Source of the DNA: Lama guanicoe
Taxonomy: Eukaryota
Assembly: GCA_013239625.1 (NCBI GenBank)
Contig: MU054338.1
Location: 3,371,371 to 3,435,370 of the forward strand
Direction: 5' to 3'
Length of the DNA: 64,000 nt
The notes beneath the pieces were generated by a model. That model saw nothing but the letters and a program-made list of their open reading frames with translations, was not told where the DNA came from and did no database searches. Each line of letters begins with the position of its first letter. The stretch's first letter is position 1. Made by a program: the position numbers and the translations under genes. Positions 25,341 through 37,839 of the stretch are shown piece by piece.

Positions 25341-27304
25341 TAATTGCATTATTTTGCTGAAGTTCGGGAGTGGGATAAAAACATTTGGTTGAGCCCAGAG
25401 GTCATTGTGTTTTGTTCAAGAAGTGTTTCGTCGGGTCCTGTTCTGTTTTTCTTTTTTTTGCAGCTCAGATCAGTAGTGGTCCCACAGCACCTTTCAGGCA
25501 CATTTCCTCTCTGTTGACTCGTCAGGACCAGGGCTTGAGCGGCAACAGATCCGATAAACTCCAGCTGATTGCTAACCTTTTTAGTCCCACTCTTTCTAGT
25601 GCTTGTGAGAATTCCTCACACTTGCAGCTTGCCAGGTTCTGGCACACACAGATTCTGTTTCCTATCTAGGCTGACCTGTTGCTGCCGCTCACGCCTACAG
25701 CACATTTCTCCATATTTACCTTATGATTTTAGCACAGCTTTTATGCCTCAATGAACCACTTCCAGGCCACTGATCCAAGATTCAAAAACTTTTTATGGAA
25801 GTACAACACACATACAGAGAAGTACACGTAAGTGACTAACTTGGTGAATTTCCACAACTTGATCACCTGCACAGTCAGCCAACGATCAAGACGTCGAACT
25901 CGCCCAGGGCTCCCAGGCTGCCCCGACGGGCCCCTCCTGGTCACTGCCCTCCCAGGGTCTCCCGTATCCTGCCCTCATCTGTCATCATAGCTGGGTTTTA
26001 CCTGTTTTGTTTTGCATTTTTCTAGAAATGGAATCATACAGTATAATATCTTGGTGTCTTGCTCCTTTCACTCAAAATTATACCTGTAAGAGTCATCCAT
26101 GGTGTTTATATCTGTAATTCATTCCTTTTAAATTTTCCATAAAAATGTGCACTTATTGCATATTCTAATATATGAATAAATCACAGCGTATTTATCCATT
26201 CTACAGCTGATGGCTGGCCGGGCTGTTTCCATTTGGGGTGTTATGAATGTTGCTGCTACAAACCTTCACAAACAGGTCTTCGGTCAACAGTTGCAAGCAT
26301 TTCTGCTGGGTACATACCTAGGAAGGGAATGGCTGGGCCATGCCCTTAATCTGTTTTATGCAGCAAAACTAACCATGAGAAATAGTAATCTAGCCAATGT
26401 GAATGACCAGAAGCAAGAGAGCAGCGGAAGGCGTTCACGGACGTGCCCTGGCCCACGCTGTCGCTGAGGCGCACGCGCAGTCTTTAAGGAAGCGCCTCAC
26501 GAGGTTTCTGAGAAATTGATGTTGTTTCCTCCATGTCTATTTAGTGAACCAAATGCAAATAAATTTGTTTTGTTGCTTCGTCTCCTGAAGCAACGCATCC
26601 ACCTGGCGCCCACAGTTTGAGTGATCTGACCTGAGTCAGCGCTGTCAGCCTGGCGTGGCCATTCAGATGGACCATAATCATCTCCCTGTTTTCCGTGCAG
26701 CATGGATTGCCTCGGCCTAATGCCCCAGCGCCACCTCACCTTTGGACCTTTGCCAAGCCGTGCCCTTTGTTTGTAGTGCCTTCCTCACCAAAGTCTACCT
26801 CTTACCACCCCGATGGAGACTAGGGCAGACCTGAATGTCCCTCCTATAGGGACCTTCGGTCAGAACTAAGCCCTTCCTACCTGTGTTCCCATGCCAACTT
26901 TGGACAGCGGTTGTTGCATCTTCAGCTCCCTGGTGAGACGCGCCAGAGGGCGGCTCAGGGCCTGCCTGCGGCCAGTGCCAGAGGCTAATTAAGTTAGCAT
27001 TCGACAACGCAGAGAGCTCTCACCTGTTGAAGATTTACTGCGTGAAAGCCACGGGCTCTTTATGTGTCTTTGTGTCCCTGCTCTCCACAACCATCCTACA
27101 AGGCGTGCTCCCATCTTATAGCTGGGGAGTGGAAGCACAGTGAAGTGGAGTCATTTGCCCGAGGTCACACAGCAAGCAAGTGGCAGAGCTGGGAAGTGAC
27201 CAGGGCGCCGGGGCCCAGGGCCCCCATTTTACGCCCCTTTGACGTGATGTAAGATGGAGTCTGATGGAGATGGCGCAGGTGGGAGGACAGCACAGGGGTC
27301 TCTC

Positions 27305-28140
27305 TGAGTCCTTGTGGGCTGCTGTAACAAAGTACACAGACTGAGTGGCTTCTAAACAACAGACATTTATTTCTCACACTTCTGGAGGCTGGGAGTCCAA
27401 GCAAGATCAAGGCGCCGGCAGACTCTGTCTGGTGAGAGCCCTCTTCCCCGTCCCGAGATTGTCTTCTCACAGTGTCTTCATGAAGCAGAAGGAGTGGGGG
27501 GCTCCCCATGCAAGGGCACTGATCCCAGTCATGGGGCCCCACCCTCATGACCAAGCACTTCCCAAAGGCCCGCCTCCTAGTCCCAGCCCTGGTGGAGGGG
27601 TAGGGTCCCCACATAGGACTTCTGTGGTGGAGGACACATTCAGTCCATACCAGGGAGTGTCTGGAAAGTCAGACTCCAGGACTAAGTGCTCGATGCCCAG
27701 TTGTTACCAGTTGAATTGTGTGCCCTCAAGATCCACATGTTGTCCCAACCCTGGTACCTGAGAATGTGACCTCATTTGGGACTGGGCCATTGCAGATGCA
27801 GTGAGTTAAGATGAGGTCACACTGGAGCAGGGTGGGGCCCCAGTCCAGTGTGACTGGTGTCCTTACAGAAAAAGGAATTTTGACACAGACCCACACACAG
27901 GGAGCACGTCACAGGCGCGTGAAGGCGGAGATCCGGGTGACGCTCCTCCAGTCAAGGTGGCCAAGGATTCCCAGCACCCACCAGAAGCTGAAACAAATTC
28001 TCCCTTGTGGCCTCACACAGAACCAGCCCTGCCGACACCTCAGCTTTGGACTCCTGGCCTCAGAACTGGGAGAGAATAAATTCTGTTGTCTGAGACCCCC
28101 AGTATGTGGTGGGTCTTTACGGCAGCCCAGCTAACTCGTA
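27305..28140. mobile_element. Two adjacent MaLR (MLT1) LTRs in opposite orientations
   Basis: 27305-27655 MLT1A-like; 27700-28140 MLT1B/C-like (gaatgtgacctcatttgg...gttaagatgaggtcacac...agaataaattctgttgt). Confidence 0.75.
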
Positions 28141-29789
28141 TACTTGACCTCGTTGCATAGCTGGTCCCATCAGGAGACTGTAGGTGACCCCCGCCTAACC
28201 TGACTGAGGCCTTTCAGAGGAACGTGTCACCCCAAGTCTCAGTGATTCAGATCAAAGAGCCTGTCTGTGCCAGCAGCCTGGTCTCTCAGCAATTTTGAGT
28301 GATTGTACCGGGCGTGAGGAACCATTGAGCCAGGGCCAGCCTCAAGCTGTGGCTGCTTTGAGCTGCCCTCTCCCCGGGCCCCTCAGCCTGTGCTCCTCTT
28401 GGCTCCTGTGGCCCTGCGGGTCTGCACTGGGTGGGGTGCGTCCCTCCCTTTGTTCTGAGGGAGGGAGAAGGGGGTGTCGGGGTCTTGACTCAACATATAG
28501 GGTGAAGTGGGTGCTGGGACCCAACTTCACGGAGACATGGTCCCTGGGTGTCTTTCAGGGACTGAGAGTGTGGACCAGCTGGGAGGCACTTCTGCACCAC
28601 ATTGGAGCTCAATAAATGCCATGTGCTGCCCCACCCCCCAAACAACTATTTTGATAGATTGTTACCTATTCTAGAACTTCATGTAAATGAAATTAGGCAG
28701 AACATAGCCATTTGTGGCTGGCTTCTTTCCCTCAGCACAATGCATTTGAGCTTTGCCCACGTTGCAGGTTTCAGCAGGGAGTTCCTTTTTCAGAGCTGTA
28801 TAGTATTCCACCACATGGCTGGACCACTGTTCATTTTGTCCACTCACCAGTCAGTGGATATCTGTGATCGCAAGTGAAGCCACGTGAATTCATTCTTACA
28901 CATGGCTGCTGGTGGATATTTCACGAGATTTTTATTCTCAGCTTTCACTCCCTCTTGCTACACCCTCTCCAGCTGGAATTTCCAGCATGGTGCTCTTCTA
29001 AAGAAAGTTGCAATGATCAGATCATCCTTGTATCTAATTGTAAAGCAGAGGCAGGGGACAATGTACAGGTGGGTCGGGGGGATTCGCGGCCACCAGTGGG
29101 GCTGGAGCAGAGGCTGCGATGGGGGAGTGGGAGGCGATGGAGGGAGGCTGCCCCAGGGAGGAGCCTGGCTTTTGTGCATTTTTCTGGAAGAGCCCTGGGA
29201 GCTCTGGGAGGGTTCTGAGCGGGGACCAGCACAGGGCTGGCTGGGGAGTGAGGGGATGCTGTGAGTCTCTTGAAGGACTGTGACAATAGACCCAGGTAGG
29301 GCTGAGGCGCCAGCCCCCCATCCCCCAGAACAGGGGCTGAGGGCAGGCCTCGAACCCCTGCCTCAGCTGAATTAAATATGTTGACATAAGCCGTGACCAT
29401 CTGATAGGAGAATCTGCTCGGAACAGCTGCCTGGTGACAAGTATAATAAAGTGTATTAATGAGACCATTATTACTCCCTAATTAAAAGCTAATAACGAAG
29501 AGTTAATTGCCTTTAAAAAATGAAGCAAGCCTGGGCTGGGATTTATCTCTGTTTGTCTTTGCTTGCCTGGATGGGCTGATATTTGGGAACTAATTAATTG
29601 AATCAAATCTTACAGAAAACGAGTCATCTCCTCGTGCCATTTGGGCCATGGAATTAAAAGGTGTTGGCTGTGTGTCCGGGTGTTTTCATTTTGAGGTGTC
29701 GCGGGCCCTCTGTTCCTGTGGGGGGCTGGGGGAAGGCTGGTGGGGGGTTGGGGAGGTGAGGGGGGTCTGGGAGCCATGGGATAGCGGCC

Positions 29790-30140
29790 ACACGTCAGCA
29801 AGTTCGGCCTTTTCAGGAGTACCGTGCAGCAGCTTCTATTGTATTGACGAGGTTGTGCAACCATCACCTCTAATTCCAGAACATTCGCATCATCCCAGAA
29901 GGAAACCCCGTGCCCACTGGCACTGCCCCCTTTCTCCCTGCCCCCTGCACTCTCCATCTCTGTGGACTGGCCTGTTCTGGACGTTTCACATAGACGGAAT
30001 GGCGCACGGCGTGGCCTTTTGTGTCTGACTCCCTCACTGAGCGCCGTGTTTTCAAGGTTCGTCCACGTGGTAGCGAGTGTCAGTGCTTCTCTCCCTTCTG
30101 TGCACGAGCTTTTGAGTGGATGTATGTTTTCAGTTCTCTT
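29790..30140 (-). mobile_element. Old L1 (L1MB-like) 3' end
   Basis: Remnant ATTWTNLENTALSE; aligns by eye with 14210-14570 and 43075-43600. Confidence 0.78.
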
Positions 30141-31130
30141 GGGTCTGTACTCATTTTTAATTGCAGGGTTTTTGTTTAATTGCACGAATCAAATGCAAAT
30201 ATGCTACTGAACACTAGGCATAAGCTACATGTTTCTCCACCTCCTGCCTCTTCCCTCAGCCCGGACCCTCCTCTCGGGGAAGATCCACTGCTCGGGGGCC
30301 TTCGACCCACCGTTCTCCGTGTGTGCAGACGTCTGCGCGGCCCCAGGGGAAAGTGTCCATTATCTTGTGATTGTTTTCACGAAGATGAAATCTCCATCTT
30401 AATGACATTTTGGCTGTGTTCCTTGTTTGTTTTTCTACAAAATCCCCGTAGAATTACCTGCTTTTATTTTTTCCTTTCGCTCGAACAAATCAAGTAATAA
30501 CTTTACAAAATAGTGCTCCAACCTTGAGTACAACACAATGGTTTTGTATTTATATACAGACACCCGGGTTACCACCACGCAGCAAAGCAGGACGGAGCTG
30601 GGCAAGCCCTGGTCCAAGGGCCAGATCCCGCCCCTGCCTGTGTTGTGTGGCCTACAGTCTAAGAATGTTTTTACATTTTTCAATAAACTTTTAAAAACCC
30701 AAAGAAGACTAATCTCTTAGCACAATGACAGTTGTGTGGGATGCCCATTTCTGTGCCATGAATAAGATTTTATTGGAACACAGCCGCGCTCATTCTTTTG
30801 CGTATTGGACGGCAGTGACATTGCTGCACGGCTGTGACAGACCCACAAAGCACAGAGTATTGGTTCCCTGGCTCACAGAGCTGGTAGCGCCCCTCCGCTC
30901 ACTCATCACCTTCCGTGGCTCCCCAGTGCCCCCGGGATAAAGTCCAGACTATTACGAGTGTGGCTATGAGAGCCTTCCGCAGCTGGTCCCTACTCACCTT
31001 TCCCTCCTGACTCTCTGCTTTTAATCCATTCACGTTTAAAATCATGATTGACAGGTAGAGACTTACGACCGCCGTTTTGTTTATTGTTTTCTAGCTGTGT
31101 TTTAGATCTTGCTGCTTCGCCTGCTGTCTT

Positions 31131-31152
31131 TGTGTGTGTGTGTGTGTGTGTG
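31131..31152. repeat. (TG)11 microsatellite
   Basis: Directly visible. Confidence 0.9.
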
Positions 31153-31499
31153 AGAGAGTCTCTGGTGCACAGCACAATGTCCAGCCACGCATGTACATGC
31201 ATACATTCATTTTCATATTCTTTGTGTGTGTTTAGGTGCCTTGGTATCATCAATCTGCCTTGCTTTCTCTACCCTGGTCTTCGGTGTAATTAGCACAGGT
31301 TTTCCCCCTTTAACAACCACGAGGCTGACATGAAATGCCTTAAAGTTGTAAAGTCCGCCTCAAACTGACAACCGCTGAACGCTGGTTCAGCAGCCCGGAA
31401 GCTACACCTTTACTTCTCTTCCACGGACTTTTTTATATTGTGTATCCAATAATAGACTATTATAGTTGTGGTTCCTTTTACCACCTTTGCTTTGCTTTT

Positions 31500-31602
31500 T
31501 ATTTTTTAATATTTATTTATTGTTTGGTGGAGGTGCTGGGGCTTGAATGCAGGACCCCGCGCCTGCTCAGCCTGTGCTCTGCCACTGAGCTACTTCCCTC
31601 CC
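31500..31602 (-). mobile_element. tRNA-Ala-derived SINE, diverged copy inside an old L1
   Basis: ggaggtgctggggcttgaatgcaggacccc...ccactgagctacttccctccc with a T-rich tail on the left. Confidence 0.8.
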
Positions 31603-31959
31603 TGCTACCATGTCTGCTTTTTAACTTTTAAGCTTCAGTTGCATGTGAATCACGCACCAGCATCACCCAGTCAGGGAATCTGACTTCGGCCATGTATTTG
31701 CCGCCACCAGTGAGTTGTGTGCGGCTGTCGCAGGTTTTAAGGATGTTAATTAGCACCCTTTCGCTGCCACTCAGCTCCCTTTAACGTTTCTTGTAAGGCA
31801 GGTCTAGTGGCGAGAACTCCCTCGGGTTTCGTTCATTGGGAAAGTGTTTCCCCTTCATTCCGAAGGGCAGCTTTGCCGGATACGGAAGTCTTGGTTGACA
31901 ATTTTTTTGGTTTCACTATCTTGAATATATCACCGCATTCTCCCCTGGCCTGGAAAGGT

Positions 31960-32620
31960 TCTGCTGAGTTTCCCGCCTCGAGCTTCGCGGGTGGCGGGGC
32001 TCCCCGTGTGCGCACGCACAGGGCCGCTGGCTTTGCTCGCAGCCCGCGGGCTCTGCCCGCCCGGCCGCCCGCCCGCCCCGCCGGGCCCGCCGCTCCGCCG
32101 GCCGCTCCTGCGCAGGCCCTCTGGGCGGGAGGGGCCCGGGCTTCGAGCAGCAGCGGGCGGGGCTGTAAAGCAGCTCCCGCCTGGGCAGCAGGCGGGCAGC
32201 GGCGGGCCGTGCTCAAGGCCCAAGGCCGCGGGGCCGCACCCCGCCGCGTCCCGCGCTCGCCCGAGGCGCGTCGGGGCCCTGCCGCGGGGCAGCGCTGCCC
32301 GCCGGGCGCCGCTCGGCCGTTGCAGGTAGGAAGCCCCCGGCCAAGGCCCCGGGCTGGTTGCCGCCAGCCCCTCCCCTCTTCTCCGCCACAACCCTGTTTC
32401 TGGTGCTCAAGCCCCGGAGAGTCCCCCGCACTCCCTGTGGGCGAGGCCTGAGGGGGCTTCCCCAGAAGTGGCCCACGACGCTGGGGGGCGCCCGCCCTGG
32501 GCCCCGTGCCCCCCAGAGGGGCCCCCCGCTTGTGCGGTGCGCTGCTGGCCGGGGGAGGGCGGCGCGGTCAGCTTGTCGCGGCCTCTCTTCCCGTCCCACG
32601 CAGGCTTGTCTCGGGCTCTG
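31960..32620. promoter_or_regulatory. Intergenic CpG island
   Basis: About 650 bp of very high GC with dense CpG and GC boxes, far from either gene's 5' end. Confidence 0.7.
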
Positions 32621-33714
32621 TGGTACAGGGGATGCTCAGCCACCCCTCATGTTCTAGGCTGTTCTCAGTGGCGTCTTGTCCATGGATAGTTGTTGTTCTT
32701 GGGAGGGGGAGGGAAATCGGGAATAACCTACGTCACCAGCTGGGTCGCATCACCTCCCAGTTCTCTGCTCTCCAGGTGAGACTTCCAGGCCCCCAGACTC
32801 ACCTCCTCCAGACCGATACACTCGCTGTGGGATGCTGGGCCCCTCGCCTTTCCCTAGCTCTCCCTTGTTTATCCTTTGGCGCTCAGTTGGAGGTCACCTC
32901 CTCCAGGAAGCCCTCCCTGCCCTGGATTTTGCTGGGTCATGTACCCTTCTCTCTGAGTCCTGGTTGCCAAGGACAGCTATGTTTGCTGCTTGGCTCTTGA
33001 CCTGTGGGTATGTTGTTTGAGTATCCAAGGGTCATCGGAAATCCTTAGAGAACTTGCGGGGAGGGGAAGATGCTTTTGTAAACTGGGATGAAAGCCAGAA
33101 AGGGCTTGGCGGGACAGGAGAAGGGCTCTTAGGCAGGAGGACCAGCCCGAGCCAAGCTCTGGAGGCAGGACTTGCCCGAGTGGGTTTGCAGGGCAGCGGT
33201 CCCTGCTGTCCGGGTATCTGGCCCAGCACAGGTGGAGCATTAGAGGTGTCCATTATGCTGACTCCACATCGTGCACCTGTGCCTTGTGGCCGCCTACCAG
33301 GGCCCTGAGCCCGGCAAGAACCATAAGCAAGTGAGAGATTGTGCTCCCGCTCACCCTGTGGTTGGTTACGGCTGATTATTTCGATAAAGCTTCTGCCAGG
33401 GTTGTGGGCAATGCAGGAGACGTGAGTTCCTCACTCTTGGCTCCACGAAGTCCTGCACGCCTCTCATAGGCAGGGGGGGAAGTGGCCTCTGCAGAGGTCC
33501 CTGCACTGGCTCACTTGGAGTGCCAGGGGCTCCCAGGGAGTCTCACAATCTCTGAGTCTGCCGCAGGGACAGTTTGTCGCATATAAGACTCCAGACCTCA
33601 GCCCACCCCCCCTTTTTTTTAAAGTGGAGTTGATTTGCAATATTAGTTTCAGGTGTGCAGCAAAGTAATTCAGTTATGCAAATTGAACCTTAAATTCTTT
33701 TTTTAAGCTTTCTT

Positions 33715-33827
33715 GGGGGGGTAGGTAATTAAGTTTTATTAGTTTGTTTGATGGAGGTAGTGGGGATTGAACCTAGAAATCCGTGTGTGCTAAGCAAGCG
33801 CTCTAACACCGAGCTGTATCCTCCCCC
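33715..33827 (-). mobile_element. tRNA-Ala-derived SINE, diverged copy
   Basis: Reverse complement resembles the 36621 copy (gattgaacctag...gtgctaagc...gagctgtatcctcccc) plus an AT-rich tail. Confidence 0.8.
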
Positions 33828-33849
33828 TTCTCTCTCTCTCGCTTTTTTT

Positions 33850-34640
33850 TTTTTAACTTTTTCTTCTGAAATGACTCTAGATCCACAGGAAGTTGCCAAG
33901 ATAGTACAGAGAGAAACTATGTAATTATATGTATGTGCTGTTATGTATCTTGCATCACCCGCCCGTTAGCGTAGTATCAAAACCAGGACACTGACGCGGG
34001 TACAGTGTATCTCAACGCTGTGCCATTTCATCACACGCATGTCGACTCCTGACTCTCGCAACCGCCAGCGTCATCTGGATGCAGCAGATGCATATCTGTT
34101 CCGTCCCCACAAAGCTCTCCTTACAGCGCCTCCGGTGTAGTGACGTCGTTCCTAAACCCTCTCAACCACCCGCCTCTCCTCCACCTCCATAACTGGTTAT
34201 TTCAAGAATGTTGTGTACAGGGAATGGTACAGTAGGTTGTGCTTCGCGGTTGGCCTTTTTCACTCCAAGTAATGCCTTTGAGATTCATCTAAGTGTTGTG
34301 TGATCAGCGGTCTGTGCTTGTCTGTTACCGAATTGTGTTCTATCGTGGATGGACCATGGTTTGCATGATGGGTCAGTGCACGCTGCAGGATGCTGGAGTC
34401 GTTTCCAGTTTTTGTCTGTTATGAATAAGGCTGCTACAAACACTCATGTCCAGGTTTTTGCAAGGACATAAGTTTCCACTTCTCTGGGATAAATGCCCAG
34501 GAGTACAATTGCTGGATCGTGTGGTAAGTGCTCAGTGTTTTAAGAAACTGTTAAGCTATGTCCCTAAGGGGCTGTACCATTTTACATTCCCACCAGCAGA
34601 GCATGAGATGTAGTTTCTCTGTACTCAGAGCATCTTTTAT
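33850..34640 (-). mobile_element. Old L1 3' fragment
   Basis: L1M-type phrases (gggataaatgcccaggagtacaattgctggatcg, ccattttacattcccaccagca). Confidence 0.75.
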
Positions 34641-34809
34641 CTCCATCCAGGCTTGTCCTGAAAGTCCCACATCCCAGGGGTTTTTGGGGGTAGGGGGTGG
34701 TTTCCTGGGCCCCAGGGGCAGCCCTTGGAAGAGGGGGAATGTGGGCTTTTGATTCTGTTTGAGGGAATTACCTCACACTTCTTTCTCCCTGGAGTCCTGC
34801 CAGGGACTG

Positions 34810-35160
34810 ACTTGCTCCCCCCGTCCCCAGAATCCATATGTTGAAGCCTTAACTCCCAGCGTCATAGTGTTTGGAGGTGAGGCCCTTGGGAGGTAACTGG
34901 GTTTGGATAAGGTCATGAGGGTGGGGTGCCCTTGTAAGAGGATGAAGGAGCAGAGCTGGCTTGCGGTCTCTCTCTGTGCCGCGTGAGGACAGCCACAGAG
35001 GACGTCTGCAAGCCGGGGACAGGGCTCTCTCCGGACCCCAGCTGTGCTGGCACCCTGATCTCGGGCTTCCAGACTTGAGAAGAGTGAGGAATAAATTCCT
35101 GCTGTTTCAGCCGCCCAGTCAGTGGTGTTTTGTTACGGCAGCTGAAGCCAACCAAGACCA
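34810..35160. mobile_element. MaLR (MLT1A-like) LTR
   Basis: catatgttgaagccttaactccc...gctggcaccctgatctcgggcttccag...aataaattcctgctgtt. Confidence 0.78.
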
Positions 35161-35619
35161 GTCGAAAAGCTCTCAGTCCCCTGAGCTCTGAGCCTTCCTA
35201 AACTTATGGGATCCAAGATGCTACCAACCACCAGACAGAAAATCCACACAAATCAGGCGTCAGAATTTGAAGCATATAGTTGGAGGAGCGCACTGAGGAT
35301 TTAATCTTTAAAAACGCAATATGAGATCGGCTTTATTTTTATCCTGTGGTCTGTACAGTTTAATTTACTCTCGCAACTACGTGCAAACCCTCGAATGAAC
35401 AAAAGAAACCGTCGAGTGTTTGGGACAATTTTGGCGTATTTTTCTCCCAACAAATTGCACTCTGGAATGACACACGCCTTTCTCTGCCCCCTTGATGTTG
35501 CAGTGCTAATAGTCACAGGGGCTTCTTTGTGTGCACACGTGTACACACAGACACACACAAGTTAGTTTTGCCAAAAGCCTCTCTTAATCCGTTGCTAATC
35601 AGATCTTTCTCTTTTAATT

Positions 35620-36560
35620 AAAATTTTTTTTTAGTTTGAAATAATTATAGACATCTAGGAAGCTGCAAAAACAATGCAGAGTCTCATTTACCCTTCATCC
35701 AGCTTCCCCCAGTGGTGACAGCTTTTAAGGCTGTAGGGAAATAGCAAAGCCAGGAAATTGACATTGAAATTGTCCTGTTAATTAGGTGACAGTATTCATA
35801 TTTCATCTTTTTTTTAAACCAGCATCTGTGTGTACGTGTGTTTCTATGAGTTTCTATTAGTCCATGGATAAACTTGTGTACTCACTACCATAGTCAAAAT
35901 CCAGGACTGCTCCATCCCCACAAAGCAATTTTCTCCTGCTATTTCTTCATATTAACCACACTGCCAGTCCCCCGTCCCCAGGAAACCGTTAACCCGCTCT
36001 CCATCTCTTTAGTTTTGTCATTTCGAGAATATTGTATAAATGAAGTCAGATAGCACGTAACCTTCCGAAGTCAACTGTCTCCGCTCTGCGTAAGCTGTGT
36101 GTATCAGTCAGTTTTTCTTTTTTCTGGCTGAGTAATATTCCAGGTATTGGCTTGCCAGTGTTTGTTCACTTATTCAATCAGTGAAGGACGTTTGGTTTCC
36201 AGTATTTTGCTATTGTGAACAGAGCTGTTATGAATATTTGTGTACACTTTTTTACATGAACATATGTTTTCATTTCTCTGGGATAAATGCCCAGGAATCC
36301 GTTTGCTGAGCTGTATGGCAGCGACATGTTTGGTTTTTAAAGAAACTGACACTCTGTGTTCCAAAGTGGCTCTACCATTTTGTATTGCACTGGCAACGCA
36401 CGAGAGATCAGGTTTCTCCACAGCCTCTCCAGCATCTGGTGTTGTCACTTTTTTAAAAATCTGAGCTCTTCTAATAGGCGTGGTGGTACCTCACTGTGGT
36501 TTTAGTTTGCATTTTCCTACTGGCTTATGACGTGGAGTGTCTCTTCATGTGCTGCTTTGG
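35620..36560 (-). mobile_element. Old L1 3' fragment
   Basis: Remnant DAGEAVEKPDLSCVAS...IHNSSVHNSKILET; L1M 3'-end phrasing. Confidence 0.78.
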
Positions 36561-36620
36561 TGTTATTCTTTTTCCAAAAACATATTGAGCCTTTCCATAG
36601 AGTAAAGGGTGCATATCTTT

Positions 36621-36707
36621 GAGGGAGGGTGTAGCTCAGTGGTAGAGCACATGCTTAGCATGCCCGAGGTCCTGGGTTCAATCCCCAGCACCTGCATTAA
36701 AAAAAAA
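36621..36707 (+). mobile_element. tRNA-Ala(AGC)-derived SINE (camelid Vic-1-like)
   Basis: GGGAGGGTGTAGCTCAGTGGTAGAGCACATGCTTAGCATGCCCGAGGTCCTGGGTTCAATCCCCAGCACC with A and B boxes and an A tail. Confidence 0.85.
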
Positions 36708-36874
36708 GAGCCCGGTGTCTTCAGTATCTTGATGAATTTTTACATTTGCACAGAGTGTTGTAACCACCACCCAGATCAAGACACAAAACATGACCAAACC
36801 ATAACCAGAAGTGTCCCTCGTGTCCTCTGCCAGCTTCTGTCCCTTCCAGCAGCAACCAGTGAGCTGATTTGGAT

Positions 36875-37345
36875 GACAGTGGTATGCAAAATGAGGGCCC
36901 CCAAAGATGGCTACATCCGAGTCTCCAGAACCTGCAAACTGTTCGATTACAAAAGGAGATTACATTTGCAGATCGAATGAAGGTGACTAGTCAGCAGACC
37001 TTAAAATAGAGACTGTCATGGTGTGAACAGGTAGGCTCAAGGTACTCAAGATTCTGAAAAGTAGAGAAGGAAGACAGAGGTGATTTAAGCAATGCTTGAC
37101 CCGCCATCGGTGGTGGTGAGGATGGAGGGAGGGGCCGTGAGCCAGGGATGCGGCGCCTCTAGAAGCTGGAAGAGGCAGGAGCCGGTTCTCCCTGGAGCCT
37201 CCGGAGGGACCAGCCCTGCTCACGCCTGGGTTTTAGTCCCTTGTGAAAACCTCTAACCTCTAGAATGATAAGAGAATGAATTTGTGTTGTTTTAAGCCAT
37301 GGAGGTTTTTCTAGTACGTTGCAGCAGCGAGGCGTGCTAGAGATG
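36875..37345. mobile_element. MaLR (MLT1D-like) LTR
   Basis: ctctagaagctggaagaggcaggagccggttctccctggagcctcc...gaatgaatttgtgttgttttaagcca. Confidence 0.72.
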
Positions 37346-37839
37346 AATTTGTTCCGCTCTTGAACTTCATGTAAATGGAACATGAAGGTTGTGACCTTTT
37401 GCATGTAGCTTCTTCCACGTGATGTGATGTTTTTGAAATTCACCCATGCTGGCTGTGTGAATATCATATTCCTTTGTACTGATAAACGTTTCATTTTATC
37501 CATTTTATTCCACTATTTTTGCTTCTACACTGTTCACGTGTTGATGGACAACTGTGTTGTTTCTAGTTGGAGGCTATTATTAATAAGGTCCCTGTAAGTA
37601 TCTGTAGTAGGTTCTTATGTAAACGTGTTGTCGTTTCTCTTGGGTAAATACCCGGGGGTGAGATGTCTGGGTCCTAACTTAGCAAATCATCAACTTTATA
37701 AAAATCTGCTAAGCAAGTCACTTCCCAAAGTGGTTTTGCCGCGTTTTGCATCCCCACCAGCAACGTCTGAGAATTTCAATGGTCCCACAGCCTCACCGAA
37801 ATTGACACTGTCAGGCTTGTAAAAATTTTGACGTTTTAA

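Larger units (their letters stand above)
31010..32745 (-). mobile_element. 5' portion of an old L1 (5'UTR-like region, ORF1 C-terminus, ORF2 start), internally deleted
   Basis: Minus strand 31775-31970 gives SAEPFQARGECGDIFKIVK / NCQPRLPYPAKLPF / NEGE / ATRPALQETLKG across frameshifts (ORF1p C-terminal domain). 31020-31055 gives LSIMILNVNGL (ORF2 endonuclease start). 32560-32745 resembles a recalled old L1M 5' terminus. Confidence 0.75.

Noticed and set aside
31833..32216. 127-aa ORF fusing CpG-island sequence to L1 ORF1p C-terminus, as a domesticated gene
   Set aside because: It starts at TTG, the L1 part is frameshifted in the middle, and it stops before the ORF1 end.
36623..36696. tRNA-Ala(AGC) gene
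   Set aside because: The acceptor stem is imperfect, an A tail follows instead of a T-run terminator, and two diverged copies occur nearby. It is a SINE.
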